Positions 33,901 to 50,100 of a DNA stretch of 64,000 bases are shown in pieces. Numbering within the stretch: the first letter of the stretch is position 1; every line of letters begins with the position of its first letter. This DNA is from Schmidtea polychroa (lineage: Eukaryota), in NCBI GenBank assembly GCA_044892525.1, contig CM097885.1, positions 20,214,001 through 20,278,000 on the forward strand. The letters run 5' to 3'. Below the pieces are notes generated by a model. It was not told the DNA's origin. It worked only from the letters and a program-made list of their open reading frames with translations, and did not search any database. The position numbers and the translations under genes are program-made.

Positions 33901-36900
33901 AATATATAAATAAAAAGAAAAAGAAGAAGAGGGATATTATGCATATATATACTTTTATTTCATACTTTTTATACTATATTTAATACTTAACGTGTATTAA
34001 AAAAACAAAACAAAAAACAAATTCATATAGATACATATTAAACAAAACTTAAAAATAAACATAAACTTCAAAATTCATCAATACATAATTTAAATATAAA
34101 TAATGTTGCAATTCAAATTTAATTGCTCGATGACGTGGAGAATGATGTATCATCTTCATCTTCATAAGTGATGTAATCAACCGCTAAACGCTTTTTTGCT
34201 GGTGAGTCAGGAGATGTAGATGAACTTATTGAAAAAGTCTTGCGACTTCCTGAAGTGGATGCCAAATTCCGATTTTCTTTTGATTTCGAGCTAGGTGATA
34301 TAGTTTTTGTAGCAAAAAAATCTTTTAAAGAGGTTTGTTTACTATGTTTTTTCATTTCCCTGTATAATTCTGAATAACAGGAATATGCGTCCATAATGTC
34401 TTTGTTAACCTTTGAACTCCTCTCAAAATCTGGATCGTATTTTTCAAAAAGAGCCATTCCATTTTGAAAACATTGGAAAGCATCTGATAAAATTTTGATT
34501 GTTAGTCCTTCAGATTGAGTGGATTTTTCTGCGACATTGCATTCTAAATTTTCAGGTTGTATTTGTTCATTTAATTCTAAAAGATCTTCATTGTTGAGAG
34601 GTTCATCGTAGGATGCTACAAGTTGAACTACATCATTTGAATCTACTTCTAACTAAAGATGTTGCGTCATATCTACAATATTACCAATGATTTCAGCGTT
34701 ATTATCTTCGAAATCTTCCCTATCGTTTGTCTCCTGTGGAAATAATTTATTCCAGGCCTCTTTCATTGTAGAAACTGAAATATCATTCCAGGTGTCTCGA
34801 AGTATTTTTATGCAATCTAAAATATTGTATTCCACCAAACCTTTTTTAAAACTTCCCTACCTGATCCTTCTTTACTGTCGATTGCAGAAATTATTTTACT
34901 GAATGTCTTTTTTAAATAGTTCAGTTTAAATGACGCGATAACACACTGGTCCATGGGTTGAAGGATAGATGTGGTGTTTGGAGGTAAAAATTCAACTCGA
35001 ATATTACCGTTGCCTAAATTTTGCGGATGACCGGGAGCATTATCGATAACTAATAAAATTTTATACGGTATTTTTCTGCTTCTACAATATCCTTTAACTT
35101 CAGCTGTAAAACATTTGTTAAACCATTCTTCAAAAATATATGCAGTAACCCATGCTTTAGGGTTAGATCTATAGTAGACTGGCAGTTTAGCTTTCGCATA
35201 GTTCTTTAACGCTCTAGGGTTTTCATAGCGATGCAAAAGCATGGGTTTAAGTTTATACGTTCCTGCGGCATTACCACCTAATAAAAGAGTAATTCTCTCT
35301 TTATTTACTTTATATCCTAGCATAGTCTTTTCTTCTTTAGAAATAAACGTTCGAGCTGGCATCTTCTTCCAAAAAAGACCTGTCTCATCGACATTAAAAA
35401 TTTGGTCTTTTGTATATCCTCCTTCTTTCACAATTTTTGCAAGTTTTTCTGGATATATTTTTGCAGCCTCAACATCTGCAGCTGCTGCTTCACCGGTGAC
35501 TTTAATGTTATGTAAGTTGTATCTGTTTCTGAAACGATGAAACCATCCACGACTAGCACAAAATTTAGTCTCGTTTGCGCCTTTTTTAACTTTTAAGTCA
35601 TTAAACAATCTTTGCATTTTACTTTGAATAATAGCCTGACTTAAGGGTACGTGTTGTTTTGTTTGATTTTCTATCCAGATGACTAGTAATTTCTCCATAT
35701 CTGCAACAAGACCGTGTTCTTTTCTTATGATGGTACTATTTATTGGTATAGCATTTTTCACTGCAAAAAGAATTTTATCTTTGTTCTTGACTACAGTGTT
35801 TACAGTAGAACGTTTCAAATCTAGTTGGCGGGCTACTTCACTTGAGGAGTTCCGTCATCGCACATTCTAATTATCTTAACTTTGGCTTTCAGCGAAAGAA
35901 CATTTCGAGTTTTTTAAAATTTTTTATCTGCCATTTCTTAGAGAAAAAAATTTAAGAATTTAAAAAAAAATAAACGTATTTCTACTTACTGTGCAAGTTA
36001 ATATTTCATAGAATTATTGTTCCAAGAAAAAAACTACATAAATCAAAATAGAAAAATTATTCTTTATTCTTCTAAAGTCGAATTAATTATGAATATTTTG
36101 TATTTATATTTTACAAAGGTTTTTATATTGATTTATTTCTACAAAAGTACATTCATAATTTATTATCCTAGTACATATTTTTCCCCATAAATTGCAAAAC
36201 CAGAAAAAATGTAAGTAAAAAAAGTATTTGTACGTAAGTGTGAATCATTGTACGTATAATGGGCAAATGGGGACAAAAATGAGATGCACGTAAGTGCGAG
36301 TGTACGTAACACGGGGTATTACTGTATATTTTTTATTAGAGAAATTTATGAAAATTTTTAAGAAATAAAACAAATTACAGATAATGTTAACATACACTGG
36401 TTTGTAACATTACCTCCAATAATGTGATTAAAATTTTATTAAATCCAGCCATTTCGGCCCTGCCAGTGGCATTTGCCACCATAACATTTACGGGGCTCTA
36501 CTTACTGTGCCTGTCCATATTTTTGCTTTTAATCACTGGATGTCTTTCTTTATAGGAATTATCTTAGAAAACTATTAATAGTTGTTAAGCATGCATGCAT
36601 AGACACTCTTATTGAAATCTATATAAATCTTATATGAAACGCATAATTAAATGAAGTTCTCAATTCTTTACAATATTTGGAAATTCTTAATCTCCGAACT
36701 TTTGTTAATAAACATTCCAGCCATTAACAATTTATATTTTTTATAATATTTCTTATTTAAAGTTTATTGAATTTTTGTGTATCTAAAAGTTGGCTGAAAA
36801 AGGCATTGTTTAAGATGTTATGATTGTGAATTTAAAATAAATAATGATGTCATTTATTAGAGATTTAAATTCTATCTATATATTGTTTGAGTGAAAATAT

Positions 36901-38679
36901 CTGAAGTTGTTTAAAAAATTGTGTAAATTCAAAAATGGTGCACTAAAAATGAAATTTTACAATTTTGATTACGTCATAGTCACATTTAATAGAGATTTAA
37001 ATTTTATCTACATATTGTTTGAGTGAAAATATCTGAAGTTGTTTATAAAATTGTGTAAATTCAAAAATGGTGCACTAAAAATGAAATTTTACAATTTTGA
37101 TTACGTCCTAATCACATTTAATAGAGAATTTAATTTCAAGTATATTGACATAAAAGATTCTTAAAAATGAAAATTGATGACGTTTAGTAGAGATTTAAAT
37201 TCTATCTATATATTGCTTAAGTGAAAATACCTGAAGTTGTTTAAAAAATTGTGTAAATTCAAAAATGATGCACTAAAAATGAAATTTTACAATTTTGATT
37301 ACATCATAATCACATTTAATAGAGAATTTATTTTCAAGTATATTGACATAAAAGATTCTTAAAAATGAAAATTATTGACGTAATCAGCGATTTAAACAAA
37401 ACGGAAATTATTATGTAATCGATAATTAAAACAAAATTTAAAATTAAAAAAAAGTAGGGGGTATCATTCGACCAGAAAAAATGTTTGTGAGAGTCGAGGA
37501 TTCCTGTTGGGCTGGAATCCACAATACTATCTACTACTTTGTTTTGTATTTGTTTTATATTCTATTATTTTTTTAATTACTGCCAGAGAAATATTTCGGA
37601 TTTTTGTTTGTTTTACCACATGAAGTGAAATAATTTTTCCAAAATATTATACTAATAATTTTCCTTTCTGATCGAGCCATAAATACGGCTGTTTCACTGA
37701 CAAATTATAATCCCCAAGATTTGCTTCGAATTAACTAGATTTTCCTGCTATTTTGCCTGTATCAATTACGACTAATTCTTATTTATAAAATAATTTTAAG
37801 TTGTTTAATCGTTCCCAAAATTGATATCCAGCTACTGTTATTTCTCAAGCTCTTTTTCTAATTGTCTAAAATCTAATCTATTTTATACTCAGTTATAAAA
37901 TTAAAAGTGAAAATTGTTTATTTCTTATTGTTTATTTATTACTATTTAAATTAATATTTATTTTTATACTATTTATATTATTATTATTATTGTAACGTCA
38001 TGGCAACCCCCAAACGAAAATCAGATCCAACCCTAACATATATTTGCATATTCTAAATATTGTGCATAACTAAATATATTTTTAAAACAGAAATAACAAG
38101 TGTTGTCTTATCCAATTCATATTATTATTTATACCTACACGCTATCAAGTATATCTTTGGAGTCAGATAAATCAGTAAATTGTGTTAGATATCTTCGTCC
38201 ATAAAAGCAATCCTAACATTGGAACATATATTTATGAATCAAACTTCAAATAAATCATAAATCAATAACTATAGCATAAAGTGTTAAAAGTTAATTTACT
38301 TTTTTCGATGTAACTACTGGAGTTTTATAGTCACTTGAAGCATCACTGTCACTAGCATCTGTAGAGGAGGACTCAGAATTTGAGGATTCGTTGGTACTTT
38401 CTTTCCTTTTACTTTGAGATTTATTTTGAACTTCAGATTTAGCAATTTTCGAAATCTTGTCTTTAGGATTTTTATCATTTAATTTATCCGATAAATCCTT
38501 TTTAGGAGTAGATATTCGAGCTAGAGCAAAAATTATGAAATTTAATAAAATATTTCATTTATACCAATTCTTAAGGTTTTGTGAATACATATTAAGTAGT
38601 TCAGTTTAATTAAGTCTTAATAAGTTTTAAGTATTTAAGTAATAATGATGATAAAAAAAATAAATAATATTAATAATGA

Positions 38680-38740
<61 letters not shown>

Positions 38741-38847
38741 TAATATAAATAAATAAAAAATAAATAAATAATAATTATAATAATAATAAATTATAATAAT
38801 AAAAATTATTAATAAATAAAAAATTAATAATAATGATAATAATAATG

Positions 38848-38883
<36 letters not shown>

Positions 38884-38971
38884 TAATAATATTAATAAAT
38901 AAAAAATAAATTATAATAATAATATAAATAAATAAAAAATAAATAAAAAATTAATAATAATGATAATAAAT

Positions 38972-39011
<40 letters not shown>

Positions 39012-39039
39012 TAATAATATTAATAAATAAAAAATAAAT

Positions 39040-39083
<44 letters not shown>

Positions 39084-39155
39084 TAATAATAATAATAATA
39101 AAATAATAATATTAATAAATAAAAAATAAATAAAAAATTAATAATAATGATGATG

Positions 39156-39193
<38 letters not shown>

Positions 39194-39224
39194 TATAATA
39201 TTAATAAATAATAATAAAAATAAA

Positions 39225-39298
<74 letters not shown>

Positions 39299-39342
39299 TT
39301 AATAAATAAAAAATAAATAAAAAATTAATAATAATGATGATG

Positions 39343-39380
<38 letters not shown>

Positions 39381-39413
39381 TATAATATTAAAAAATTAAT
39401 AATAATGATGATG

Positions 39414-39477
<64 letters not shown>

Positions 39478-42400
39478 TTAATAAATAATAACAATAATTA
39501 TAATAAATTATAATAATAATACTAATAATTATTATTATAATTCTACAATCCTATATGAAAAATGAAACAGTGCAAACCTGGTATTTCTTCACCTGTTTCC
39601 TCACTCTCAGTGTCACTACTAGACTCTGATGAATCCTCAGTTTCTGTTTCAGCCTAATAGAAATATGTATAATAATTTAACAGTAATTAAAACATGTCAT
39701 ACTTTCTCTTCACTGTTTGCAGACGAATCTTTACTTTCATCAGAAGAGGATTCAGATGATTCAGACGAAGAAACTGAATCATCATTCGAATGTTTCTTTT
39801 TGTGTGCATTGCTTGGATTAACGAGAAGACTGCCTGTATTGTAAGGAGACTCGTTGACTTCTTTAACAACTCTTAAAGATGGATCAGGAGCAACTTCAGG
39901 CCAATTAGGCAAATCATTATAGCCGTTTACTCGCTGATTAAGTATATGTGATAAAGTTCCTAATTGATACTGATGTCTATCTAGATGACAGAGTAAAGTA
40001 TATAACAAAGCAACATAATTATACCTTTATAATTAGAATGCAATAGCGGAGCAGGTTTAGTAGCTAAAAATATCTTTTTAATTCGTTTAGAAAGAAATGA
40101 CGTAGACATAACAGTATTTTGAGAATCATCTTTATTATTGTCTTGAGCCTCAAATATTGAAATAAACTAAAAGGAATCACATATTTAAACAATACTTGAG
40201 GAAACAGAAGAGCACGGACAAATCGACCACGATCTCGTATGTCATAGTTCATATCATATTTTGCCAAATTTAATACGTATTGAGTCAGTAATCTGCTCTG
40301 TTTCGGATTAGTAATAAACAATTTGGCTGCCAAATTAATAGTCTAAACTTATTTCTAAAAAAGATTCCTAGCTATGAAAATTAAACCTGTAATTTGACAA
40401 TGTCTTTTTCATCAATGAAACTTTTCGCTGCTTTTCGCAAAACATCAGGTGCTAATTTTGGTACTCTGTCACAATACTCGCCAATAAGCCAAATGATTGA
40501 AGCTTTTGCCATCGGAACATTAATAGTATCAAGTAATAAAGCCATGCTAATAATAATATCTCTGTGATCAGATGTCTAAAGAATGTGAAATTATTAGAAA
40601 GAAAAAATATCTAAAATTCATTTTACAACTTGTATTTTCATAAACAAGGACGCAACTAGGATTTTATTAAAGAGGACTGAAAACCTTTTTCTTGTTTAAC
40701 CTCAATTTCTTAATAATCTGTGCATTTATTAAGAAAATAATTATGTATCGCCGATGTTATTAAGAAATTTGTGAGATGCGAAATTGGTTTATCATTTACA
40801 CTCGTCACAATAGTATTTACTTTAATAGTGACACCAATTGGTCAATGGAATATATGATCTCTATTTTGTTACATAAAACAAATGAACTGTTTTAACAGTA
40901 ATGAGGATAATTTTGAAAAATTCAACGCGAATGAAATTTTATCAAAATAAATAGAAGTTTGTTTGTCTTAAAAACCTTGACTGTCAATGCATTTTCAACA
41001 AGTTTTTAAAAAGAAATCTGTAATTATTAACATTATCTGAATGATTAAAAATATATGGCATACGATATCTGTAAAGCAGCGGTGTCCAACAGAAATTTGA
41101 TTGTAGCCACAATCGTCAATTTAGAAATTTTCATTCGCCACATTAAAATAAATTTAAAACAAAATGTTTTATAATAGTTTTTTATTTTAATCAATTTTAG
41201 GAATTACACAAGTTTTTTAATAACATTAAACACAAAATACAAAAATTATTTAATGTGATGCTTGGCAATTTTTTTCTTGCACAATACCCTTGAAATCTGG
41301 TGTAAACCTCACGCTAACTGCACATTTTAATTCTGCCTCCAAATTTTCATCACTAATATTGGATCGGTATTTTGATTTTATGAAAGTTACAGCTGAAAAA
41401 GTAGATTCGCAAACCCAAGTTGTTCCAAACATACTCAATAGCTTCGCAATAGCTGAGTTGAGAACCACAAACTCATTTGACTTTAAGAGGCGTGTCCACA
41501 TCATTAAAATAGATTCATCGTTTCTAGAATAATTGATCTGACTTTGAAGTAAAAGCATATCTGCTTCAAAATCACGTCGGTCCAAACTTAGCAAATTCGC
41601 GATATCTTTAGACAACTCAGAATTGGTGATGTCAAAATGGAAAGGATCTTGCATCAGTTGAAAAGCAGGTCTAAATTTCTCAACATCAATAAAACGTTCT
41701 TCAAATTTTTCTTGTAGTTTCTGTAACCATCCGACATAACGCTGTATATTAAAATTGGTATCTTCTTTATATTTTCCATATTATCGAAATGCGTGAAATC
41801 ATAATCTTTTAACTGTGTCACAAAAAGTTTTAATTTAGAGACAAATTCTCGTATATACTGTGCCAAATCACATATTAGCTTTCCTTTTCCTTGAAGTTTT
41901 AAATTTAATTCATTAATATGTAACGTTATATCAGTGAGAAAAATTAAATCGCATTGCCATTCCTTATTTTCTATTTCAGAAAAATTGATAAGCATTTCTT
42001 TTTCTTGAAGGAAATTTCGGATGGGATTTAATAATGATACAAATCGTTCCAAAACTTTACCACGACTTAACCACCGAACATTTGTAAAAAATAGCAGATC
42101 TTTAAATTCAGTGCCCTCAATTTCCTTTAAAAGCTCCAGAAACTGACGATGGTTTGTAGCACTATTACGAATATAATTAACAACTTTAACAACTAAATCC
42201 ATCATATTTTTCAAAATGTCTGTTCCAGATAATTGAGCACATATATTTTCCACATGTATCATGCAGTGGAAAGAAGCGACCAAGCGTACGTGTATTTGTT
42301 TCAAAATACCGACAAATCCAGATTTTTGTCCAAGCATCGCTGGAGCACCATCTGTTGTGACAGAAACTAATTTCGTCATATCTAATTGAAAGTCTTCAGC

Positions 42401-45400
42401 GACACTTTTGAAAATTTCAAAAATATCTACGCCTCTAGTACGGTCTTTCATTCCACGGATTGTCAACATTTCTTCATATATTTCCAAGTCTTTTGAAACC
42501 AGGCGTATCCAAAAAATTAACTGAGCAGTGTCTCGGATGTCACATGACTCGTCTAATGCTAAAGAAAAACATATACAACTTTTCAAATGTTGGAGCAATT
42601 GCTTGCATTCTACGAGCAATAGTTTGGTGACTCAATTGCATGTTTTCTATTTTTTGCATTATATCTTTCTTCAAAGGTTCTTCATAATTTTCAAGTAAAA
42701 TTTCCATAATAGACAGGACAATCTCTTTGATTAGTTCTCCATCCGAAAAAGGTTTTCTTTTTTGAGCTAAAATCCAAGCCGTTTTGTAGCTAGCCAAAGT
42801 AATAAGTTCGGATGTAGTTAAAAACCGTTTAAAAAAAGATTGCTGTCCTTCTAATTTTGACTTTAAGCGAGTTATTTCATTCGTTCTAACTTGCTTGCCG
42901 ACAGGAAACTTACAATCAAATTCACTATGCATTTGTTGATAATGCTTTTTTATGTTGTCCACTTTATTGTCATTAAAAGTTTTGTTACACAATATACATA
43001 CAGTTTTTTGGTTTTGTTCCATTACAGCAAATTCTAGTTCCCATTTACCATTAAATTTGCGGCAAACCTTTTTCCAATCTCTTTTTTTGGGTTCTAATTG
43101 AGTTGAACCAGTTGCTTCTTCTTGCCTAGCTGAACTATCAGTATCGGAATGTCGTTTTAAATATTTATCCATTTTTTACTGTGAAATAATTTTAATATAA
43201 TTTCAAAAGAATAATATGTAATATTTAAAGTCGCACGTTAGTTGTTTATTTAACATGGGATTCATACAACGGGAAAACAAACCAAAAAAACGCCTACTTT
43301 GATGAAAATGTCATTTGTTTTTAAATTTTAAAAAAGCGTTTTCACAAATAGATAAAGTGTAATCACAAATAGATAAGAAGCACATTTTGGCATAAAAATT
43401 TTTTTTTGTTTTCTTCTGTTTACTACTTGTAACAAAATTATAATAAATTAGGAATTAACTTAAACAATAATAAATATGAATGAGAGTGCAGATACTTAAA
43501 ACATCCTACTGTCTCACTATGTGTACGTACGTAATGTTAGTTGGAACATAGTGCATTGGTTGGAAAAAGCAGACTATATATAAATTTACAGAAAAGTACT
43601 GCTGTTTACATCTATTACATTCATAACGCTAACATAGTGTTTTTCGGTATACGACAGGTATACGGTTACTGACTGTAGATTAATATATTTTTTGTAGAAT
43701 GTAGAGCTATCTCCTTTTTTTGTAACCCTATCTTCCTTTTGTAACCCAATTGTAAACAACAGCAATGCAGGTAAATAACAATAATAATCATTTAAATTAC
43801 TTTAGTTTATTTGAAAACACCTAAATTAATTAAAAACGAAATTTTAGTTCTTAATAAACAATCACATGACACTATGTGTACGTAAATTTGACACACCGGG
43901 ATCTGCCATGAGCATTTCTTAGCATGTAAGATTACAAAATAAAAATTTGTCGTTGTTTATGTTTTGGTTACAACTTTGTATTATGGATAGAATTGAAGTA
44001 TTAAATAAAACATAAAAAAAAATGCTACATTCGCCACAAGCACATAGCCCACTCGCCACATGTGGCGAGTGGCGACTGTGTTGGACATCACTGCTGTAAA
44101 GGTTAATGAAAAATATTCCAAGGAAAATCTAAACAATTTAATCTCCAGAATTACATTGTCTATAAATAACATTGATACATTTTAACGAGGACAATTTTTT
44201 TTGTTTATATGAATCGACATTAAGCAAACTCACTCAATAATTAGACGTAAGTAAGAATAAAATATTAGCAGTTGGTTTGGTATACTGTTTATATATAAAG
44301 AGTATTCTCAAGTACACTTTGTTTCTTAATAAAATGTATTAAATGCCTTTATGGTATTTTATATGTTGCGTCATATAAAATTATGTCAAGAATTATCATT
44401 TTATTAAAATTAGGTAATATATGATAGCAATATAATTAATTTCAAGTATGTCCTTTAGTGTAGTAAAGCACCTTTAAAATGGATTAAAAAACCCTAACTA
44501 TTGACGTAATTAAGAATCATTATGTTCAATATAAAATACAGCCTTTTTACATTAAAAAGCAATTTCTATCCAATATATAATTTTCACAAAATATACCATG
44601 AAAGCATTGCCACAAGAGTCCGAATATAGCAAAGGATGAGTATGGTGGGATATTTTAAGTAGGAATTTTGAAATCTCAGATTTTTTTAATTCCTGTAACT
44701 CTCTAGATTTCGAATAATTTTCGTTAAAATTATGGAAAAAATTGATATTAAAAATTAATTAAGGAAAAACTATTATTATATACTGTAGTGGTGTTAGACC
44801 CTCCAAGGTACTATATAAACAATAATGTGAATGAAATATTGGGAGGAAAAAAATAGAGATAAGTCCCTCTTCTCTTAAATAAAGGCTTTATTCTATTGCG
44901 TTTCTCTCCAAATTACACATACAATATCGATTTTTTATATTTACACACAATAATAGATTTTCTTGTAAAATTTTGAATGTATATAAGGGTAATAAGTGTG
45001 GTAAAAATGTTTAAAGGTATTATCGTTGGAGATGGCTTCGTCAAAAGACAAATAGTTCCCACTAAATTTCCATTTCCATTTTTTTAGGAAGACAAAGTGG
45101 TACAGTTATAAAAGAAGGATCAAACTATGAGAAGCAAACTTGAAGTCAGTCGACAAACTAATATTTGTGAAATGTCGATCTTTAAAGTAAGCACGTTTCA
45201 AAATTTTCTAGGAATGAAACATTTCCAAGTGCATCGTTATCAATGGAAGAAATTCTAACTTCCTTTTATTATAGCGTTATTTTCTAGAGACAACTTCTCT
45301 TGTACACGATTTGTTACAATTAAATGCTTTAATCCTGTCGCTTGACAGACTCTGAACCAAAACCTTATTTATAGAATGTTCTAGAACAAGAAGGCCCGCG

Positions 45401-47127
45401 GAATGGTGGTAGTTCTGACAAGTTCACTAAGGACACCACCTGACAAATCCCATGGCAATAAAAACACTTGGGTCAACAAATTCTAAAATATTTTATACCT
45501 ACTTTCAAACAATAACATTTGGTCTTTCAAGAGCTCTTAACCATACGAATTTTATTTTAAATATAATGTGTTAAATGTATTAATACCTTTTAAATCATAA
45601 AACTTGAATCCCTATACTTTTAAGAAAAATTACCAGGACTCGAGACAGCAGAAAAGCTGGGAATTCCTGTCATGTCTTGACTTAGAAATTCTAATTACAG
45701 TTTACTGTCAAATTCAAGATCAGTTAAGAATTTTAATTCAATATAGAACCAATTCATCTATTTATTAGCACATTGTTAAAACAATATCTTATTATACAGA
45801 ATAACAGAAATAAAAAAATACATGTGACTGGTAAAAATTTCAATTTAAAACAAAAATAAAGTCATAATAAAATTGTAGGAGATCGTGAAAGAATTGCTTG
45901 AAAAAAGATGGAATAGAAACAAAGTTATGTTAATTAAACCATTGAATTCTTGTTTATTTGGGAACAAAATAATGCTGAAGAATTCTTGTTTAAATGACAG
46001 AGAAAAAAACCAGTCCCAGTCATAGAAATAATAACAACTAGCCACAAAACCTTTATAGAGCATGTTACTAAAATGTCTAATTTATATGCATTATTCTAAG
46101 TGAAACTATCCTGCCTGACCTTATATTATTTAGAAAACATTCTTTATTATAGTTTGGAGCTTTTGTTTTGTCTAGTCAAAGGGAGTAAGGAAATATTATA
46201 AATTAATCTAGTCGTTTCGACCACTGTGGTCCAAAAAATGTTAAAAAGATTTCATAAAATAATAAATATTCTTTATTTAGAATAATAATTATTTTAACTT
46301 TTATATGAGTACCACTATTCAAATACAAAGGTTGTGAGTGAATTTGTGAGTGAACTTGCATGCTTATCAATTAAATATTCACATTATTTCAATCAAAAAT
46401 GGCAATGTTTAATAATAATTGCAATAATAACAATACAAATAGATAGTTGGCAATGAATTATTTAACAGCCACAATTACTAACGAGCATGTACATTACAAT
46501 ATTGGATATATAATAATCAAAGGAAAAGGTGCGAACAAACCGATACTAATTGATGTTAGTACGAAAATGATACGAAAAGACAAATGACAAAAAAAGCGAA
46601 AGTTTTAATTAAAATGTTATAATTTATAGATGAAATTCAATGAATGCAAATCTTTCAATTCATAATACATACTCACCGAAGCACGACATATCTGTAATAA
46701 ATTAGATTTTGTGGAATGAACAATTTATACAATACGTATATAAAAATCAAATTAAATCAGAATCTATTAAATACATTACGAATCAAACTATAAAGGAACC
46801 TCATCGATGTTAAAATAGCTAAACAAACATACATGGAAACGATTTAATTATAAGAAAGAGCCACTCAAGCACATTCGTTTTACGATATATTTCGACAGTT
46901 TTACTTTCATCATCAGGTAGAATAGAATAACTATAGAAATTATAGATTTTTGAACAAATTTATTTATTATATAACTTTTTAATAAAAAATTATTTTATTT
47001 TTTTAAAATTATAATAATTATAATTTAAAAAATATTTATTTTTTAAACTGTAGCAACTAAAAATGAAATATTAAAATATTGAAATTTAAAATTATTCAAT
47101 TTAATAATTTAATTTAACAACAACAAT

Positions 47128-47184
<57 letters not shown>

Positions 47185-50100
47185 AAGGTGTCTTTAGAAA
47201 TTTGTCACCCTTGTGCTATAAACTATAGTGCGCCCCTAAAAAAAAGTTTTTACAAAAATATATGTTTATTAATAATATTACACATTATTGCATATACATA
47301 TTAATATTATGTATTACATCATTTTATTTCAATGACTAGGATAACAAACGAACAAAAAAAACAATAAAAAAATAATATTAAAGTAACATTATTTTTTTAT
47401 TGTTTTTTTTTGTTCGTTTGTTTTTTTTTCAATTTTATCAAATTTATGGCTTTTACAAAATTTACGGCGCCCCCTGTGCTTAGCACAGTTAGCACAATGG
47501 AAGAGACGGCGCTGTATATATATATATATATATATAAAAATTTGTAAAAAACCTATTTAAAAACATTTAAAACGCAAGTGTTCAATGCAGTTTGCACATT
47601 AATTTTCAGATCCAACGACTTTATCAATAACGCTTCACAAATTATACGTTCCCAATGATTATTGAAATTTTTAAATAAAACTTTAAAATCAGACGTACTT
47701 ATTTTTCTGTATTATTGTACTCACTAGAGTTAATCAATGCCTTCGGTCTATAATGTTCCCGAGCTCAAATACAGAGATGTTTGGAAGCCTCTCCAGTGTA
47801 TGCGGCATTACACCCATTACATGTAAATTTAAATACGAGATTAAAACACAATTCATCCGGAATTTTAGACTTATTAATAAACATATTGCACACTTTACAT
47901 GATTTTGACACAATCTTATAATTTAAATTCCCAAACTGCTTCCTTATCTTTCTATAATCTGAAAAACTTTCGGAGTACGGCAATACCACGATGTTAAAAT
48001 AAATTCGATTAACACAATCACCCATATATCTAGCATTACTAACTTCTATAGTAACCACTTTTTTCCTGTGCCTCACTCACAAAAAACCCTATAAGTGTAT
48101 GTTGGGACTGAAAATATTCAGTAATTTGTGTTGATCATTTTGTTGGAATTCTACATTTTAACCCTTTCTAAGGCAAAGGAAACTAAAAGTGATGTAAAAC
48201 TCAAAGTTTATTAATAATAATTATATAGTTACAAATGATCATAAAAAATAAAAACATAAAATTTGTTCTCGTGGCTCAATATATGTCAGTAGTTGTACCA
48301 AAAGTAAAAATGATTACCGACAGCGTTACACTTAGATATTTTTATTAGTTTAAAATGGTGTACAGTATATTGCCATTAAACGATTCTATCAATCGATGCT
48401 ACAATGTGAACTATTTTTGACAAAAAGTGTAAGCCATTTCTTTATTTGTTAAATTTATAAAAATTAAATTATTTTTTGAAATTTGAAATAATAAAAAATA
48501 CGAATTTCTAATCTTTATTCTTAGACAAGAAAGGAATTAACTTGTGAAATGTTTTCCAAATTCATTAAAAAAATAATTTCGTTAAAAATGAATGAATTTT
48601 GTGTGCAGTAGACGCATTTACAGTGTTGACAGAAAGTTTAAGGTAAAATTTTAAAAAATGAATAAATCGATTAATGCTATATTATCATTGCTTCCAACAC
48701 ATTATAATGGGACTGTAAACTTGCAGGTTAGACTTATTTTACCTTACTAAGTGTTTCCTGTTAGTTCCAAGGTGTAATTACACAGATAAATGACATTTTA
48801 AGTACAGCATGAATTATTCGCCGTGGCATGAACTTAACAAGGTGTCTACACATGACTTGCAGCGAATGAAAGCTGTTGGTGTGGTATATGTAAGGTTTAT
48901 AAGGAGTGGAGACATGACACGCTATCATATTTTTGTAAAATGGAAAAAGCGAAGCAGATTTCTCCAGAGGTGTGCAACAAGATAACAAATTTGAGTCAAT
49001 ATCCAGAATCCACTCTGAATCAGGCTAAAATCACAAATCAACGAATCAGAGTATAATAGGATCAACAACACATAAACCACGATCTGCACGTCCAAAGAAC
49101 AACCCCGATCGTACAGATGGCGCGCCAGATCAAGTCAAATGCTGGTTCTCCCCTAGTTATGTAAGGTTAGCAACAATCAAGAACAGATTAGTGAATAAAT
49201 TCAATATGACACCCATAAACCACTCAAGCCACTAATAACACAGGAAGCACGTACTTTGCGGTTAACCTGGCTGCTACACCTGTAATGAAGTGGTTTAGAG
49301 ACCAGAACATTCAGTGGTTGACTGAGTAATTACAGATTGGAATTAACGAGAAACACTTAGTAAGGTAAAATAGGTATAATTTACAAGTTTTCAGTCCCAT
49401 ATTAACGTACTGGAAGCATTAATAATCTCGTGACACTGGTCGCACCAGATGATAAAAGAAAATTCCATTAAGACTATATAATTTGGCAGACAATGAACAA
49501 ACGTTATTTAAAGGTACTAGATTATGAAGTAATTTAAATCACAAAACCTTTCGAGAATTGTATAAAACCCAATAAGCTTCCTATAAAAATAATGTTTCAA
49601 ATTTAAAATCTTGATAATTATTTGAGAAGAATGTTTTTTCAAGAATTGAAGATTTAATGACAATTAAAAACAAATTAAATCAAGAGTATTTATTTAATTT
49701 ATTGGCCCACAATACTGTTACATCATTGTCTTTTACTTATATATTCATATTGATTGTTGAATATCAATACCTGGGATGGCAAAAATTTCTTTGAAATATA
49801 TTTCGTGTTTCTTTATTATTAAATAAATTTATCTTTTATAATTAAATGAAAATTAATTTTGACAATTTGTGGCAGCTTTCTTAAGTATTTAATCAATCAA
49901 TCTTCTACTTCTTCGAAAATTGTAAATTTTTCTTAATAATAAACTGCAAGTTACAATTAATTCATTTTTATTGGGTGTCTAATAAGTTATTCAGTTTTTG
50001 TCAATACCTGGACCTTCTATTTTTATATGAAATACATATTTTATACTGATATCATTTATAGAGTAAACAGTAAACACATGTGCTTGATCAGCCATAAGCA

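Noticed and set aside
37991..38218. TGTAAC...CTAACA solo-LTR candidate
   Set aside because: No target-site duplication.
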